Assembly (NCBI GenBank): GCA_020053105.1
Contig: JAGVNU010000082.1
Coordinates: forward strand, 1,693-65,692
Length of the DNA: 64,000 bases
Direction: 5' to 3'
DNA from: Thermodesulfovibrionia bacterium
GTDB lineage: Bacteria; Nitrospirota; Thermodesulfovibrionia; UBA6902
The translations under genes and the position numbers were made by a program. Under the pieces are notes generated by a model. That model did no database searches and had not been told where the DNA came from. It saw only the letters and a program-made list of their open reading frames with translations. Below are positions 9,301 through 18,358 of this stretch, one piece after another (within the stretch, counting starts at the first letter, position 1; each line of letters begins with the position of its first letter).

Positions 9301-12300
9301 GTCATCAGTCCCCGGCGCGCTGCCTCCGGCCCGGCTGTTCCAGTCGGCATCCACATAACCGTCCATGTCCTGATCATAATCATTCAGTCCGTCACAGTCC
9401 TGGTCGGCCCCGTCATACCACTGCTCTGCGGCACCAGGGTTGACCGCGGTATCACTGTCCTCGCAGTCATTCATTCCCGGTGCGCTGCCTCCGGCCTGGC
9501 TGTTCCAGCTGGCAGCCACATAGCTGTCCATATCCTGGTCATAATCATTATTACCCTGACAGTCCTGGTCCGTCCCGTCATACCACAACTCTGCAGCACC
9601 AGAATGAATCGCGGGATCACCGTCGTTGCAGTCATCGAAACAGACTGCCATGGAATCATGGCCGTCACTATCAAAGTCCCGGAGGTCAGCCCCACTGCAG
9701 TCCTGGTCTACTCCGTCATAGGGTATTTCTGCTGCTCCCGGGCTGATTGCTGCATTTGTATCATCACAATCATCAATACCCGGAGCGCTTCCCCCGGCCC
9801 CGCTGTTCCAACCTGCGTCAACATAGCCGTCCATGTCCTGGTCATAATCATTATTCCATTGACAGTCCTGGTCCGTTCCGTCATACCATATCTCAGCAGC
9901 GTCCGGGTTGACTGAGTTGTCAGCGTCGTTGCAGTCTGTGCCTGATATTACGTGACATCCGGCAGGCTCGCAGCCGCCCCCGGCACATGATCCCGATACT
10001 GAATTGTCATAGTGCCCATCGATATCGGTATCGCAATAATAGTCCACCGGTGTTGTGTCAGGCAGTGACGTGGTCGTTGCTGTTGCCGGCAGCGATTCCG
10101 CTGAATCGTTGCCTCCTCCATCAAAGGCACTGACCGTGTAGGTGTATGCCATTGCAGGCACCAGGCCCGTATCATGATAGGATGCAACGGCCGTTGTCGC
10201 TATCTGAAGGCCGTTTCTTAAGATCCTGTAACCCTGTATGCCCGCATTGTCGACTGAGGCGTCCCATGACAGTTCTATATGCGTTGAAGACCATACTTCG
10301 GCCTGAAGGTTTAAAGGAATGGATGGATCGGCTGTATCATCTGAAACAGTTAGCAGAGCATTGCCCTGGCTGTCGATTACCGTACTCCCGTCAGACAGTA
10401 GTGTTGCAATGAAGTAGTATTCGGGATCACCGGACGTCCCGTCGGGATAGTATTCTGCTGTCCAGTCTCCTGCTGCTGTGCCGCCTGAGAATATAACGGT
10501 CTGAGGCTGTGTGAGCGGGTTATTATTACCCCCGAATGAATCATCCTCTCTGACCTCGAATGCCAGTTCCTCACCTTCACAGTAAGCCCCCTCCACAATC
10601 AGTTGCACCGCCTGTCTTTCAACTCGTTCTATGGGGGACCAGTAGGCGTTAGTCAGTGTGCAGACCTGAGACGGGGAGTGATTGTCTGCAATGTAAAAAA
10701 CCCAGTCCCGGCCCGGAGGTGCGCTGAACTGCTGTAGTCCCCCTGATACAATGCATAAGCTCATCTCAAGTCCATTGCCGGGATCATATCTTTTTGCATC
10801 ATAGGTCTTTCCACTCTCCAGGGCAACAGTGAAAGGGTTGCCGACTGCGGAGTAGACTACATACTCATTTCCGGGGTCTGCCAGGGTATAGACTCTTTCT
10901 GTCCTGAAATTATCAACGAGGCTGTTGCTGCTTCGCATCTTCCAGTATTCGATTCCTTTTGTAGTGAAGAAATCGATCAGATGCTTTGCATCGTCGTGGA
11001 CCCCTTTTGCTTCGCCCATATCATAAAAATCCCCGTGCGACCAGGAGCACATGCCATAGTTATAGTCATTTCCCTGCTGGTTCCTGTCTCTTCCCTGGTC
11101 ATCATAGCAATCACCCATGCTGGCATAGCCCCCGGCGACATAAATCCCCCATAGTGCCTGGCGATTTTCCGTCCTGTTTATACTTCCAGCGTATCCATAT
11201 TCATCGTTGACCACCGGCATACCATGGTTGAGGTTTGGAATTATTCCGAAGTTGCCCCATTGATCAGCAAGAGGAGGGTTTCTCTGCGTGTATAAGTTGT
11301 TGGTAATTTGCTGAAAATAAGGATACCAGCTTGGATTAGAAATGAAATCACCGGCAACTTCCAGAATATCATGAGTTGCCCACCCGGAATCAAAGTAGTC
11401 GAATAATCCGGGAGTGGGGTTCCCCGGATCGCCCAATGCTTCGTGAATCGAAAGCGGTCTTTGCCTTCCGTCATCAGAATAGTGCCAGGGATCTTCATCC
11501 TTGAGTATGTTTCCAATCTGGTTCCAAAAGTAAATAGTTCTTTTAGAATCAGGTTTCCCTGCCAAATCGAATTCGTTAGTGCTGCACCAGATAACATTTG
11601 GAAAAGCTGCATAACGTGCCAAACTATAGCGGGCAAATCTGTTTTCCTGCTCATTAGTTCCGTAATTTCTGGCCTGATCTGAAAAGACAATAAGGTCGGC
11701 TATCATTCCCTGAGCAGCCATGTACCGGACCATTTCGTCCAGCTTCCTCCAATGAGACATTCTTGGCGCATCCAGATCGGGACTGCTTATTGACCAGCTG
11801 TAGAATGGCTGGGAATCGGGATATTTATGCATGGTAAAATCGTACCACCAGGAATAAGGAGGCAAGGAATATTCGTCGGGATATATGAATAATCTGATTT
11901 TGTTGATGTCGTGGCTTGTTAGATAATCGACGGAGTTTTTCCACCTGGCGCCGGTCGGGTCATCCATTGCATTGTCAATAAATTCGTAGGCTGTAGTTCC
12001 AAACATAAAGTACGGGGTCCCATCATCAAACATGAAACTGTTCGGGAAGTCCGGGTCGATCCTGACAAAGCCGTGGCTGTTTACCGGGGGGCCAACTGTT
12101 ATGGTCCCGGTTGCTGTCAGGCCTGAATCTGAGGGAAGCGAGCTGATTGAGTAGGTCCATGTCCCCTGAACAGTGGGAGTAAAGCGGACTTTAAACGCTG
12201 CTCCTCCATCCCAGAACCCCTTTACTGTCTTTTCAATCCCTCCGGGTCCTGAAAAAACACTCGTGACCTCAATCTCCAGATAGGGGTTGGTGTAATTCTG

Positions 12301-12453
12301 GGTTGATGTGAGTGTGATTTCAAATGTCTCCCATTGGCTACCGACGTCAATAATATCATAAGCCCTGACATGAGTAATTCCTGTTGACAGAAAAAGGAAT
12401 ATCTCCAATAGTAAAACTGGAAGCAATATTTTTTTTATTTTATTCACTGCCAT
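6322..12453 (-). CDS. giant secreted multidomain protein: DUF5060/DUF4038 glycoside-hydrolase-like module, FN3, MopE-like Cys-rich repeats, DUF4082, CBM-like and Ig-like domains
   Basis: ORF 6322..12543 (2,073 aa). Probable start at MAVNKIKKILLPVLLLEIFLFLSTGITHVRA (signal peptide, about 12453). Motifs: GFWDGGAAFKVRFTP and NGTPYFMFGTTAYEF (DUF5060/DUF4038). IELSWDAS...YTYTVSAFD (FN3). Repeated CDDTDxxxxPGAxExxYDGxDQDC. VKWTSDVDGHVTGVRFYKHSSNTGIHKGRLW (DUF4082). Confidence 0.85.
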   Translation of the reverse strand: MAVNKIKKILLPVLLLEIFLFLSTGITHVRAYDIIDVGSQWETFEITLTSTQNYTNPYLEIEVTSVFSGPGGIEKTVKGFWDGGAAFKVRFTPTVQGTWTYSISSLPSDSGLTATGTITVGPPVNSHGFVRIDPDFPNSFMFDDGTPYFMFGTTAYEFIDNAMDDPTGARWKNSVDYLTSHDINKIRLFIYPDEYSLPPYSWWYDFTMHKYPDSQPFYSWSISSPDLDAPRMSHWRKLDEMVRYMAAQGMIADLIVFSDQARNYGTNEQENRFARYSLARYAAFPNVIWCSTNEFDLAGKPDSKRTIYFWNQIGNILKDEDPWHYSDDGRQRPLSIHEALGDPGNPTPGLFDYFDSGWATHDILEVAGDFISNPSWYPYFQQITNNLYTQRNPPLADQWGNFGIIPNLNHGMPVVNDEYGYAGSINRTENRQALWGIYVAGGYASMGDCYDDQGRDRNQQGNDYNYGMCSWSHGDFYDMGEAKGVHDDAKHLIDFFTTKGIEYWKMRSSNSLVDNFRTERVYTLADPGNEYVVYSAVGNPFTVALESGKTYDAKRYDPGNGLEMSLCIVSGGLQQFSAPPGRDWVFYIADNHSPSQVCTLTNAYWSPIERVERQAVQLIVEGAYCEGEELAFEVREDDSFGGNNNPLTQPQTVIFSGGTAAGDWTAEYYPDGTSGDPEYYFIATLLSDGSTVIDSQGNALLTVSDDTADPSIPLNLQAEVWSSTHIELSWDASVDNAGIQGYRILRNGLQIATTAVASYHDTGLVPAMAYTYTVSAFDGGGNDSAESLPATATTTSLPDTTPVDYYCDTDIDGHYDNSVSGSCAGGGCEPAGCHVISGTDCNDADNSVNPDAAEIWYDGTDQDCQWNNDYDQDMDGYVDAGWNSGAGGSAPGIDDCDDTNAAISPGAAEIPYDGVDQDCSGADLRDFDSDGHDSMAVCFDDCNDGDPAIHSGAAELWYDGTDQDCQGNNDYDQDMDSYVAASWNSQAGGSAPGMNDCEDSDTAVNPGAAEQWYDGADQDCDGLNDYDQDMDGYVDADWNSRAGGSAPGTDDCNDGDPLEHPTQTWYEDLDGDLYSGGNFNVQCQRPVNYYAMTELTAPSGDCDDTATAVNPGTDEICDNIDNDCDSFIDDLDPGVSNPSTWYADTDADGFGNPSVTFQQCSQPTGYVFSNGDCDDTDETISPVADEVCDDTQDNDCDGLIDVADPDCPCLATGNISITSGQTIGGYQIDLTSIVTMSGVDVSSLIYTVAEGERICNVDQNGTYFDAENFSGTQNEADSFSEQTTQGGYLNAGYLKALSPLGQNIFTTQTPSGSPYPPDNPVENGVKWTSDVDGHVTGVRFYKHSSNTGIHKGRLWQGSTLIANATFINETSYGWQTVYFDSPVAVTAGTTYIVSYHSAGGYYYQSNGYFGDVNNAPLHIIATSGQNGIYTYANASTFECTPMPCTPTNRPATNYNANFWVDVIFAQSLPSCSDIAGREYTKYEVDFPAGTYTVWLRGYAVAGADTMLVGVDGSCIGTYWFNTKNQWEWSNTTVEGTNSSGALSAGTHHIDIWTRQANILIDGIYMTQWKETPTDGAHGLEIDPSNCIPVISSNNHAGALDVDATGWTEGVKSLAVTGDDMTCGTPLTPANGQFNYVETCSTTFFRDLDGDGYGDSNNTVVDCLQPAGHVSDNTDCDDTDVNINPATTWYQDSDNDTYGNEAATLQQCDQPEGYMLDNSDCNDGAPLINPGAAEICDGLDNNCDGTVDEGLTGPIVSATAPADGVTAVALNSSVTIIWNEDVDCSSVNAANITSDSPGWEFSICSGSQAVFTTGGQSGETTYTVTVTMAVTDASGCTMTSNHQFSYTTVTLSVTEPNGTGDMVTAGDPYLIRYTLNDPDNIATVSFYYGADNADFNGTAITGACSAAPEGTEATWMWDTTGVTPGVYYVYGIINYSANGSTHIWTGGGADNLASTAANWSNNFVPQNGDTIIFNGTSAKDCNWDINALVHSVNIDSGYNGIFTINSNLSPTGDFIISDGKVIVEDVAFLGNDQSTYSPGQITVE
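9262..9915 (-). repeat. intragenic tandem repeats (about 165-bp period, 3-4 copies) encoding WYDGTDQDCQxNNDYDQDMDGYVDAxWNSxAGGSAPGxDDC units
   Basis: Near-identical DNA blocks at about 9312-9445, 9476-9610 and 9779-9912. The antisense ORF track shows repetitive HILVIIII peptides. Confidence 0.8.
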
Positions 12454-12714
12454 CACAATCAATCGGATTCTATCTATATGAAATATACAAATACCGGGAA
12501 TATAAATATGATATAAATCATAATCCCAGGTCAAAATCTTCAAGATGATTTAAAGGTTGATGAATAAAATTACACTATGAAATGCGTAAAAGCGCAAGAA
12601 TCGCTGGTAGATTAATATGAGCGCCGGGCAAGGTGAAGAAAGCAGCACGCATAAAGAGAACGGGTTTTGGAGAAGATGCCCGTCAGGTAATATTATTTCT
12701 AAAATAATTCGCTG

Positions 12715-14781
12715 CTAAACCCATATTCCCATCACTGCCTTTGCGGCAGCGACTACCCTCTCCACTGTAAACCCGAATTTTTTCTGAAGGTCTTTAAACG
12801 GGGCAGAGGCCCCGAACGTGTGCATCCCGATTATTTGTCCGACTGGGCCGACATACCTCTCCCATCCGAGGGTCGCACCCTGTTCGGCTGCGATACGCGC
12901 TTTGACCGACGAAGGCAGCACGCTATCACGATATTCCTGACTTTGCTTCTCAAAAAGTTCCCATGAAGGCATGCTCACCACACGCGCTTTTATTCCCTGG
13001 GATTTTAACTGCTCAAAGGCATCAATACAGAGCGACACCTCACTTCCGGAGGCGAGAAGGATAATATCGGGGTTGCCGTTTTCAGGACCGGCCAACACAT
13101 AGGCGCCTTTTGCAAGGCCGGATGCCGGAGCGTACTTTGTCCGGTCAAGAGTCGGAATGTTCTGGCGGGTCAGCATGAGGGCCGCCGGAGCGTTACGTAG
13201 CTGCATAATTACCTTCCATGCCTCGACCACCTCATTGGCGTCTGCAGGGCGGATGGTAATAAGTCCGGGCATCGCGCGCAGCGAGGCAAGATGTTCAACC
13301 GGCTGATGAGTGGGCCCGTCTTCCCCTAGACTTATTGAATCGTGCGTGAAAATAAAGATGTCCGGGATTTCCATAAGTGCGCTCAGGCGGACCGCGGGTC
13401 TGCAATAATCGCTGAATATCAGAAATGTTGCGCCATAGGGGCGGACTTTGGAAAGGGCAAGTCCGTTGAGAATGCCGCCCATGGCGTGTTCACGAATTCC
13501 GAAATGAAAATTCCTGCCTTTGGGATTTGCAGCCGAGAAATCCCCTCCTGCCTCTTCAAAGGTCAGCAGGGTCTTTGTAGACGGAGCCAGGTCTGCTGAT
13601 CCGCCCATGAGCCACGGCACGTGTTTAGCAATCGCATTTAACACCTTGCCTGATGAGACCCGGCTGGCGACTCCTTTAGCATCAGTTGGAAAGGACGGCA
13701 AATCCGCATCCCATCCGTCAGGCAGCCTGCTGTTCAGCATTGAATCCAGAAGACCGGCCGGCTCAGGATACTTATTCCTGTAAGTGTCAAACTTCTTCCC
13801 CCAACTCGTATGCAGTTTCCGCCCCCGCCTGCCTACTCCTTTACGAAAATGGTCCATGACACCGTCAGGCACCAGAAACTTCGCGTCTTCCGGCCAGCCA
13901 TAACTACGCTTGGTGAGTATGATTTCATCTTCACCGAGCGGCTCCCCGTGCGCTGCTGCCGTGTCCTGCTTGTTCGGGGAACCGAAGGCTATATGGCTGC
14001 TGACAATAATCAGGGTAGGGCGGTCGTTAGTATTCCTGAATTGTCTGAACGCCCTTGCCAGCATTTTAAGATCATTCGCGTCCCTGACCCGGACCACTCT
14101 CCATCCGTAGCCTTTAAAACGGGACGCAATGTCTTCACTGAACGCGAGGGATGTATTTCCTTCAATAGAAATTTTATTGTCGTCATATATCCAGCACAGA
14201 TTGGACAGCTTAAGATGCCCGGCAATCGACGCGGCCTCTCCTGATACTCCCTCCATCATGTCGCCGTCGCTGCAGAGGGCGTACACGCTGTAATCAAACA
14301 GCTCAACATCAGGGCGATTGAAGTGACCTGCCTTCCACATTCCGGCAATGGCCATACCCACACTGTTTGCCGCACCCTGACCTAACGGACCGGTCGTGGT
14401 TTCAATACCCGCCGCAATTCCATATTCAGGATGACCCGGTGTTTTGCTGCCAAGCTGGCGGAAGTTCTTTATGTCATCGGTCCCTATGGTAGATCTGTTT
14501 AATATGTTCCCTTCCTTATCAATATCTTTTACTCCGCTCAGATGAAGAATTGAATAAAGGAGCATTGAAGCATGTCCCATTGAAAGCACGAACCTGTCCC
14601 GGTTGGGCCATAACGGGTGTTCAGGATCATAGCGCAGAAAATGCTGCCATAGGCAATAAGCCACAGGCGCCATTGCCATGGGTGTTCCGGGGTGGCCGGA
14701 GTTGGCCTGCTGCACAGCGTCCATTGAAAGGGTGCGGATGGTATTAATGCATAACTGGTCCATCTTGTCATCAGTGATCAT
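12715..14781 (-). CDS. tkt: transketolase
   Basis: 688 aa. N-terminal TPP-binding motifs SGHPGTPMAMAPVAY and GHASMLLYSILHLSG. Full length with pyrimidine and C-terminal domains. Confidence 0.95.
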   Translation of the reverse strand: MITDDKMDQLCINTIRTLSMDAVQQANSGHPGTPMAMAPVAYCLWQHFLRYDPEHPLWPNRDRFVLSMGHASMLLYSILHLSGVKDIDKEGNILNRSTIGTDDIKNFRQLGSKTPGHPEYGIAAGIETTTGPLGQGAANSVGMAIAGMWKAGHFNRPDVELFDYSVYALCSDGDMMEGVSGEAASIAGHLKLSNLCWIYDDNKISIEGNTSLAFSEDIASRFKGYGWRVVRVRDANDLKMLARAFRQFRNTNDRPTLIIVSSHIAFGSPNKQDTAAAHGEPLGEDEIILTKRSYGWPEDAKFLVPDGVMDHFRKGVGRRGRKLHTSWGKKFDTYRNKYPEPAGLLDSMLNSRLPDGWDADLPSFPTDAKGVASRVSSGKVLNAIAKHVPWLMGGSADLAPSTKTLLTFEEAGGDFSAANPKGRNFHFGIREHAMGGILNGLALSKVRPYGATFLIFSDYCRPAVRLSALMEIPDIFIFTHDSISLGEDGPTHQPVEHLASLRAMPGLITIRPADANEVVEAWKVIMQLRNAPAALMLTRQNIPTLDRTKYAPASGLAKGAYVLAGPENGNPDIILLASGSEVSLCIDAFEQLKSQGIKARVVSMPSWELFEKQSQEYRDSVLPSSVKARIAAEQGATLGWERYVGPVGQIIGMHTFGASAPFKDLQKKFGFTVERVVAAAKAVMGIWV

Positions 14782-14794
14782 TCATTCTCCATTA

Positions 14795-16345
14795 TTAAAA
14801 TATTCTCCACTGCCGCCCGTCAGCCCCTATCAGCCTGTTTGCGTCATCCGGTCCCCACGAGCCCGCAGCATAATTGGGAAACTCCGGGCAAGGGGTGTTT
14901 TTCCATCGCTCAATTATCGGATCAACTACGGCCCACATAGCTTCTGTTTCGTCCTGACGGGCGAAGAGGGTCTGATCGCCCTTCATGCAATCAAGCAGCA
15001 GTCTCTCATAAGGCAGGGGGAAGTGCACGTCCCCCTGTAAATCTTTTTCATAATTGAAGCCCAGCTCCACAGCATAGAGATGGTTTCCGATACCCGGATG
15101 CTTAACACCGATATGCAGGACTATTTCTTCATGCGGCTGGACCCCGAGGATGAGAAGGTTCGGTTCACGTATATCGCATATTGACCTGAAGAGCCTGAGT
15201 GGTGGCTGCTTGAAATGTATGCTTATTTCCGTTATGCGTTTTTTCATGCGCTTCCCTGTGCGAAGATAAAAGGGTACATCCGCCCAGCGCCAGTTGTCGA
15301 TATAAAACTTCCCGGCAAAAAAAGTCGGCGTATTAGAATCAGGGGCAGTGTCTTTCTCATCGCAATAGCTCACAACATCAGTGCCGTTGATATTCCCCGC
15401 CCCATATTGTCCGCGGACAGTGTGTTTATCAATGTATTCACTGTCCATGATGCGTAATGTGCGGTATACCTTTACCTTCTCATTACGAATATGGTCTGCT
15501 TCGAAACCGATCGGAGGTTCCATCGCAATAAGCGCCAGAAGCTGCATCATATGGTTCTGGACGATGTCTCTTACCACCCCGGCCTGTTCATAAAATCTGG
15601 CCCTGTATTCTATGCCGAGTGACTCAGCGACCGTGATCTGCACATGGTCAATATATCTGCGGTTCCATAGCGGTTCAAATATGCTGTTGGCAAAACGGAA
15701 GAACAGGATATTCTGGACAGTCTCTTTTCCCAGATAATGATCTATACGGTAAATCTGTCTCTCTTCAAAGGACTTTGCGATGAGGCTGTTAAGGGCTGAA
15801 GCTGAAGACCTGTCGCGGCCAAAGGGTTTTTCAATGATAAGGCGCGCATCAAACTTTCCGCTGCACAGTCTGCAAAAGGAGAGGCGCTCGAATATGTCGG
15901 GCAGGAATTGGGGAGGGACCGCCAGATAATAGATGACTTCTCTTTTCCCTCCCGACGCCGGTTTGGCAACTTCTTCAATACGCGACGACAGCCTTTTATA
16001 GCTTTCTGCATCCTTGAAATTGCCTGACATATAAAAAAGATGCCTGCTGAAATTCTCCCAGCAGGCATCATGAATAGGCCCTTCGCTGAATTCCTCCACC
16101 GAATGCTTTACAAGGTCCCGGTATTCTTCGTCGGACCTTTCACTGGAGGCAAAGGCTATAATGGAATATTCGTCCGGCAGGTTCTGGTCATGGCACAGGT
16201 GATACAATGTCGGCAGCAGCTTCCTCCTGCTTAAATCACCTGTGCCGCCGAAGATCACCATAGTGAAAGGCCCTATATCGACTCTCTCCGGTTTTATCTC
16301 GCAAAAAGATGAGGCCCCTGGTGTATCTGAGATATTTTCAGACAT
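14795..16345 (-). CDS. zwf: glucose-6-phosphate 1-dehydrogenase
   Basis: 516 aa. Signature RIDHYLGKE and N-terminal Rossmann GGTGDLSRRKL. Confidence 0.95.
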   Translation of the reverse strand: MSENISDTPGASSFCEIKPERVDIGPFTMVIFGGTGDLSRRKLLPTLYHLCHDQNLPDEYSIIAFASSERSDEEYRDLVKHSVEEFSEGPIHDACWENFSRHLFYMSGNFKDAESYKRLSSRIEEVAKPASGGKREVIYYLAVPPQFLPDIFERLSFCRLCSGKFDARLIIEKPFGRDRSSASALNSLIAKSFEERQIYRIDHYLGKETVQNILFFRFANSIFEPLWNRRYIDHVQITVAESLGIEYRARFYEQAGVVRDIVQNHMMQLLALIAMEPPIGFEADHIRNEKVKVYRTLRIMDSEYIDKHTVRGQYGAGNINGTDVVSYCDEKDTAPDSNTPTFFAGKFYIDNWRWADVPFYLRTGKRMKKRITEISIHFKQPPLRLFRSICDIREPNLLILGVQPHEEIVLHIGVKHPGIGNHLYAVELGFNYEKDLQGDVHFPLPYERLLLDCMKGDQTLFARQDETEAMWAVVDPIIERWKNTPCPEFPNYAAGSWGPDDANRLIGADGRQWRIF

Positions 16346-16394
16346 GATGTAATCCTCTTAACTCTGTACGGGCGAGGTTACCTCGCCCCTACTC

Positions 16395-17297
16395 TTAACT
16401 CTTTTTTATTACCTCGTGCCCTCCGAATTCATTGCGCAGGGCCGCGATTGTCTTTGAGCTGAAGGACTCTTCCTGTCGTGAACGGAAGCGCTCTAAAAGA
16501 GACAGCGTAATCGCAGGGGCCGGAACATCTAATTCAACAGCCTCCGCAACCGTCCAGCGGCCTTCTCCCGAGTCCTCGACATATCCGCGGATACCCTCGA
16601 GTTTCGGGTCTTTTTCAAATGCGGCCTCTGCAAGCTCAAGCAGCCAGGAGCGGACAACACTGCCGTGGTTCCAGAGATTTGCAATCATGCGCAGGTCGAG
16701 GTTGAATTCCTTTTTGGCATTCATGATCTCAAAGCCTTCTGCATAACCCTGCAGCATCGCGTATTCAATCCCGTTATGAATCATTTTCACAAAATGCCCG
16801 GCTCCGTGCGGGCCGACATGAGCGTAGCCGTTTTCCGGGGCCAGTGTCTTCAGCAGAGGCTCGACTTTAGTGAAAACATCTTTGTCTCCTCCGATCATCA
16901 TGCAATAGCCTTTTTTCAGTCCCCATATGCCGCCGCTTGTGCCTGTGTCGAGGAAAGAAATATTACGCTTCTTAAGGACCTCTGCCCTGCGGATGGAATC
17001 TTTGTAAAAGGAATTACCTCCATCGATCAGGATATCTCCTTCTTCCAGTAATCCGGAAATGCTCATCAGGGTCTCTTCTGTTGCCTTTCCTGCAGGCACC
17101 ATAAGCCATATAATGCGCGGCTTCTCCAGACTGTCCACGATGTTCTTAAGAGACGCTGCTCCAATGGCCCCTTTTTCTTCCGCCTTTTTTACGGTCTCCG
17201 CTGTACGGGCATAGGCAATTACACTGTGCCCTCCTTTAATCAGGCGCTGCACCATGTTCATTCCCATTTTTCCGAGACCGATAAAACCAAGTTTCAT
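16395..17297 (-). CDS. gnd: 6-phosphogluconate dehydrogenase (decarboxylating), short-chain (YqeC-like) form
   Basis: 300 aa. MKLGFIGLGKMGMNMVQRL is an NAD(P)-binding Rossmann fold. First gene of the gnd-zwf-tkt operon on the minus strand. Confidence 0.9.
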   Translation of the reverse strand: MKLGFIGLGKMGMNMVQRLIKGGHSVIAYARTAETVKKAEEKGAIGAASLKNIVDSLEKPRIIWLMVPAGKATEETLMSISGLLEEGDILIDGGNSFYKDSIRRAEVLKKRNISFLDTGTSGGIWGLKKGYCMMIGGDKDVFTKVEPLLKTLAPENGYAHVGPHGAGHFVKMIHNGIEYAMLQGYAEGFEIMNAKKEFNLDLRMIANLWNHGSVVRSWLLELAEAAFEKDPKLEGIRGYVEDSGEGRWTVAEAVELDVPAPAITLSLLERFRSRQEESFSSKTIAALRNEFGGHEVIKKS

Positions 17298-17479
17298 AAG
17301 CTTGTCTCCATATGAAGAGTTAATGCAAAAGGGTCCCTCAAAGCCAGGCTTCGGACTGATTTGATAAAATTATTACATAAAACAGTTTACTTTGAAAATC
17401 TTTTTTTATCCACATGGACCCGGTCATTGCAACGAGCTTAAGCAGTCGTACATTTTGAATATATTATTAATAGCATTCA

Positions 17480-17516
17480 TTGACAAAAAAGTATGCTCTG
17501 ATATGATAGCTATCAT
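17480..17516 (+). promoter_or_regulatory. sigma-70-type promoter (TTGACA-16-TATGAT) overlapping a perfect 14-bp palindrome ATGATAGCTATCAT (candidate operator)
   Basis: -35 TTGACA at 17480-17485, -10 TATGAT at 17502-17507, palindrome at 17503-17516, about 40 nt upstream of the DedA-family gene start. Confidence 0.45.
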
Positions 17517-17552
17517 GATAGCACAAGAAAAATTCTGAAGGCATTTTGAAAA

Positions 17553-18272
17553 ATGGATAATAACAGCAGGGGCTATCTAAAGAAAATCGTAGTAGTCGCG
17601 ATCATAGCCGGTCTTGTTGTCGGCCTTAAATTGATCAATGCCGGTGATTATCTGACGCTCTCTTATATGAAAGAATCCCAGTACCGTTTTCAGGAGCTCT
17701 ACGACGAAGAAGGTATTACAGTAATTGCCGGATATATGGCGATATATATTCTTGTCACCTCTCTCTCACTGCCGGGCGCTGCGATCATGACTCTGGCAGG
17801 CGGCGCGCTTTTCGGTCTTGTTACAGGCACGGTAGTTGTATCGTTTGCTAGTACGATAGGTGCGACGCTGGCCTGTTTTATTTCGAGGTTCGTCCTGAGA
17901 GACTGGGTGCAGGGGAAGTTCGGGGACAGACTGAAGACGGTCAATGAAGGGATTAAAAGAGAAGGGGCCTTCTATTTATTTACCCTGCGGCTGATTCCGG
18001 TATTTCCGTTCTGGCTTATCAATCTGCTCATGGGTCTTACAACGATGTCCCTGAAGACGTTCTACTGGGTATCGCAGGCCGGGATGCTCGCTGCAACTAT
18101 TGTGTACGTTAATGCCGGAAGGGAGCTTGGGAAAATCGAGTCCGTCTCTGGTATACTTTCACCGGCTTTAATTCTTTCTTTTGTCCTGCTGGGACTGTTC
18201 CCTCTGATGACAAAGAAATCAATAGCGTTTTACAGGGCAAAGAAGGGAAAAAACGACACACTGGTGTCATAA
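17553..18272 (+). CDS. TVP38/TMEM64 (DedA-superfamily) membrane protein
   Basis: 239 aa with 5-6 TM helices. Core GGALFGLVTGTVVVSFASTIGATLAC...FTLRLIPVFPF is typical of the SNARE-associated/DedA fold. Confidence 0.85.
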   Translation: MDNNSRGYLKKIVVVAIIAGLVVGLKLINAGDYLTLSYMKESQYRFQELYDEEGITVIAGYMAIYILVTSLSLPGAAIMTLAGGALFGLVTGTVVVSFASTIGATLACFISRFVLRDWVQGKFGDRLKTVNEGIKREGAFYLFTLRLIPVFPFWLINLLMGLTTMSLKTFYWVSQAGMLAATIVYVNAGRELGKIESVSGILSPALILSFVLLGLFPLMTKKSIAFYRAKKGKNDTLVS

Positions 18273-18358
18273 CATTTTTAACTGCCGGATGACCTGACTA
18301 ATGGTATCGTCTATAATGTTAATCTTTAAACCGGGATTCGAAAAAGTTTGAGGGCATA

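Noticed and set aside
9261-9915. Plus-strand ORFs with repetitive HILVIIII/TVLVRPVIP peptides
   Set aside because: They are antisense translations of the tandem Cys-repeat region of the giant gene. Their repetitiveness mirrors the DNA repeats, not a second gene.
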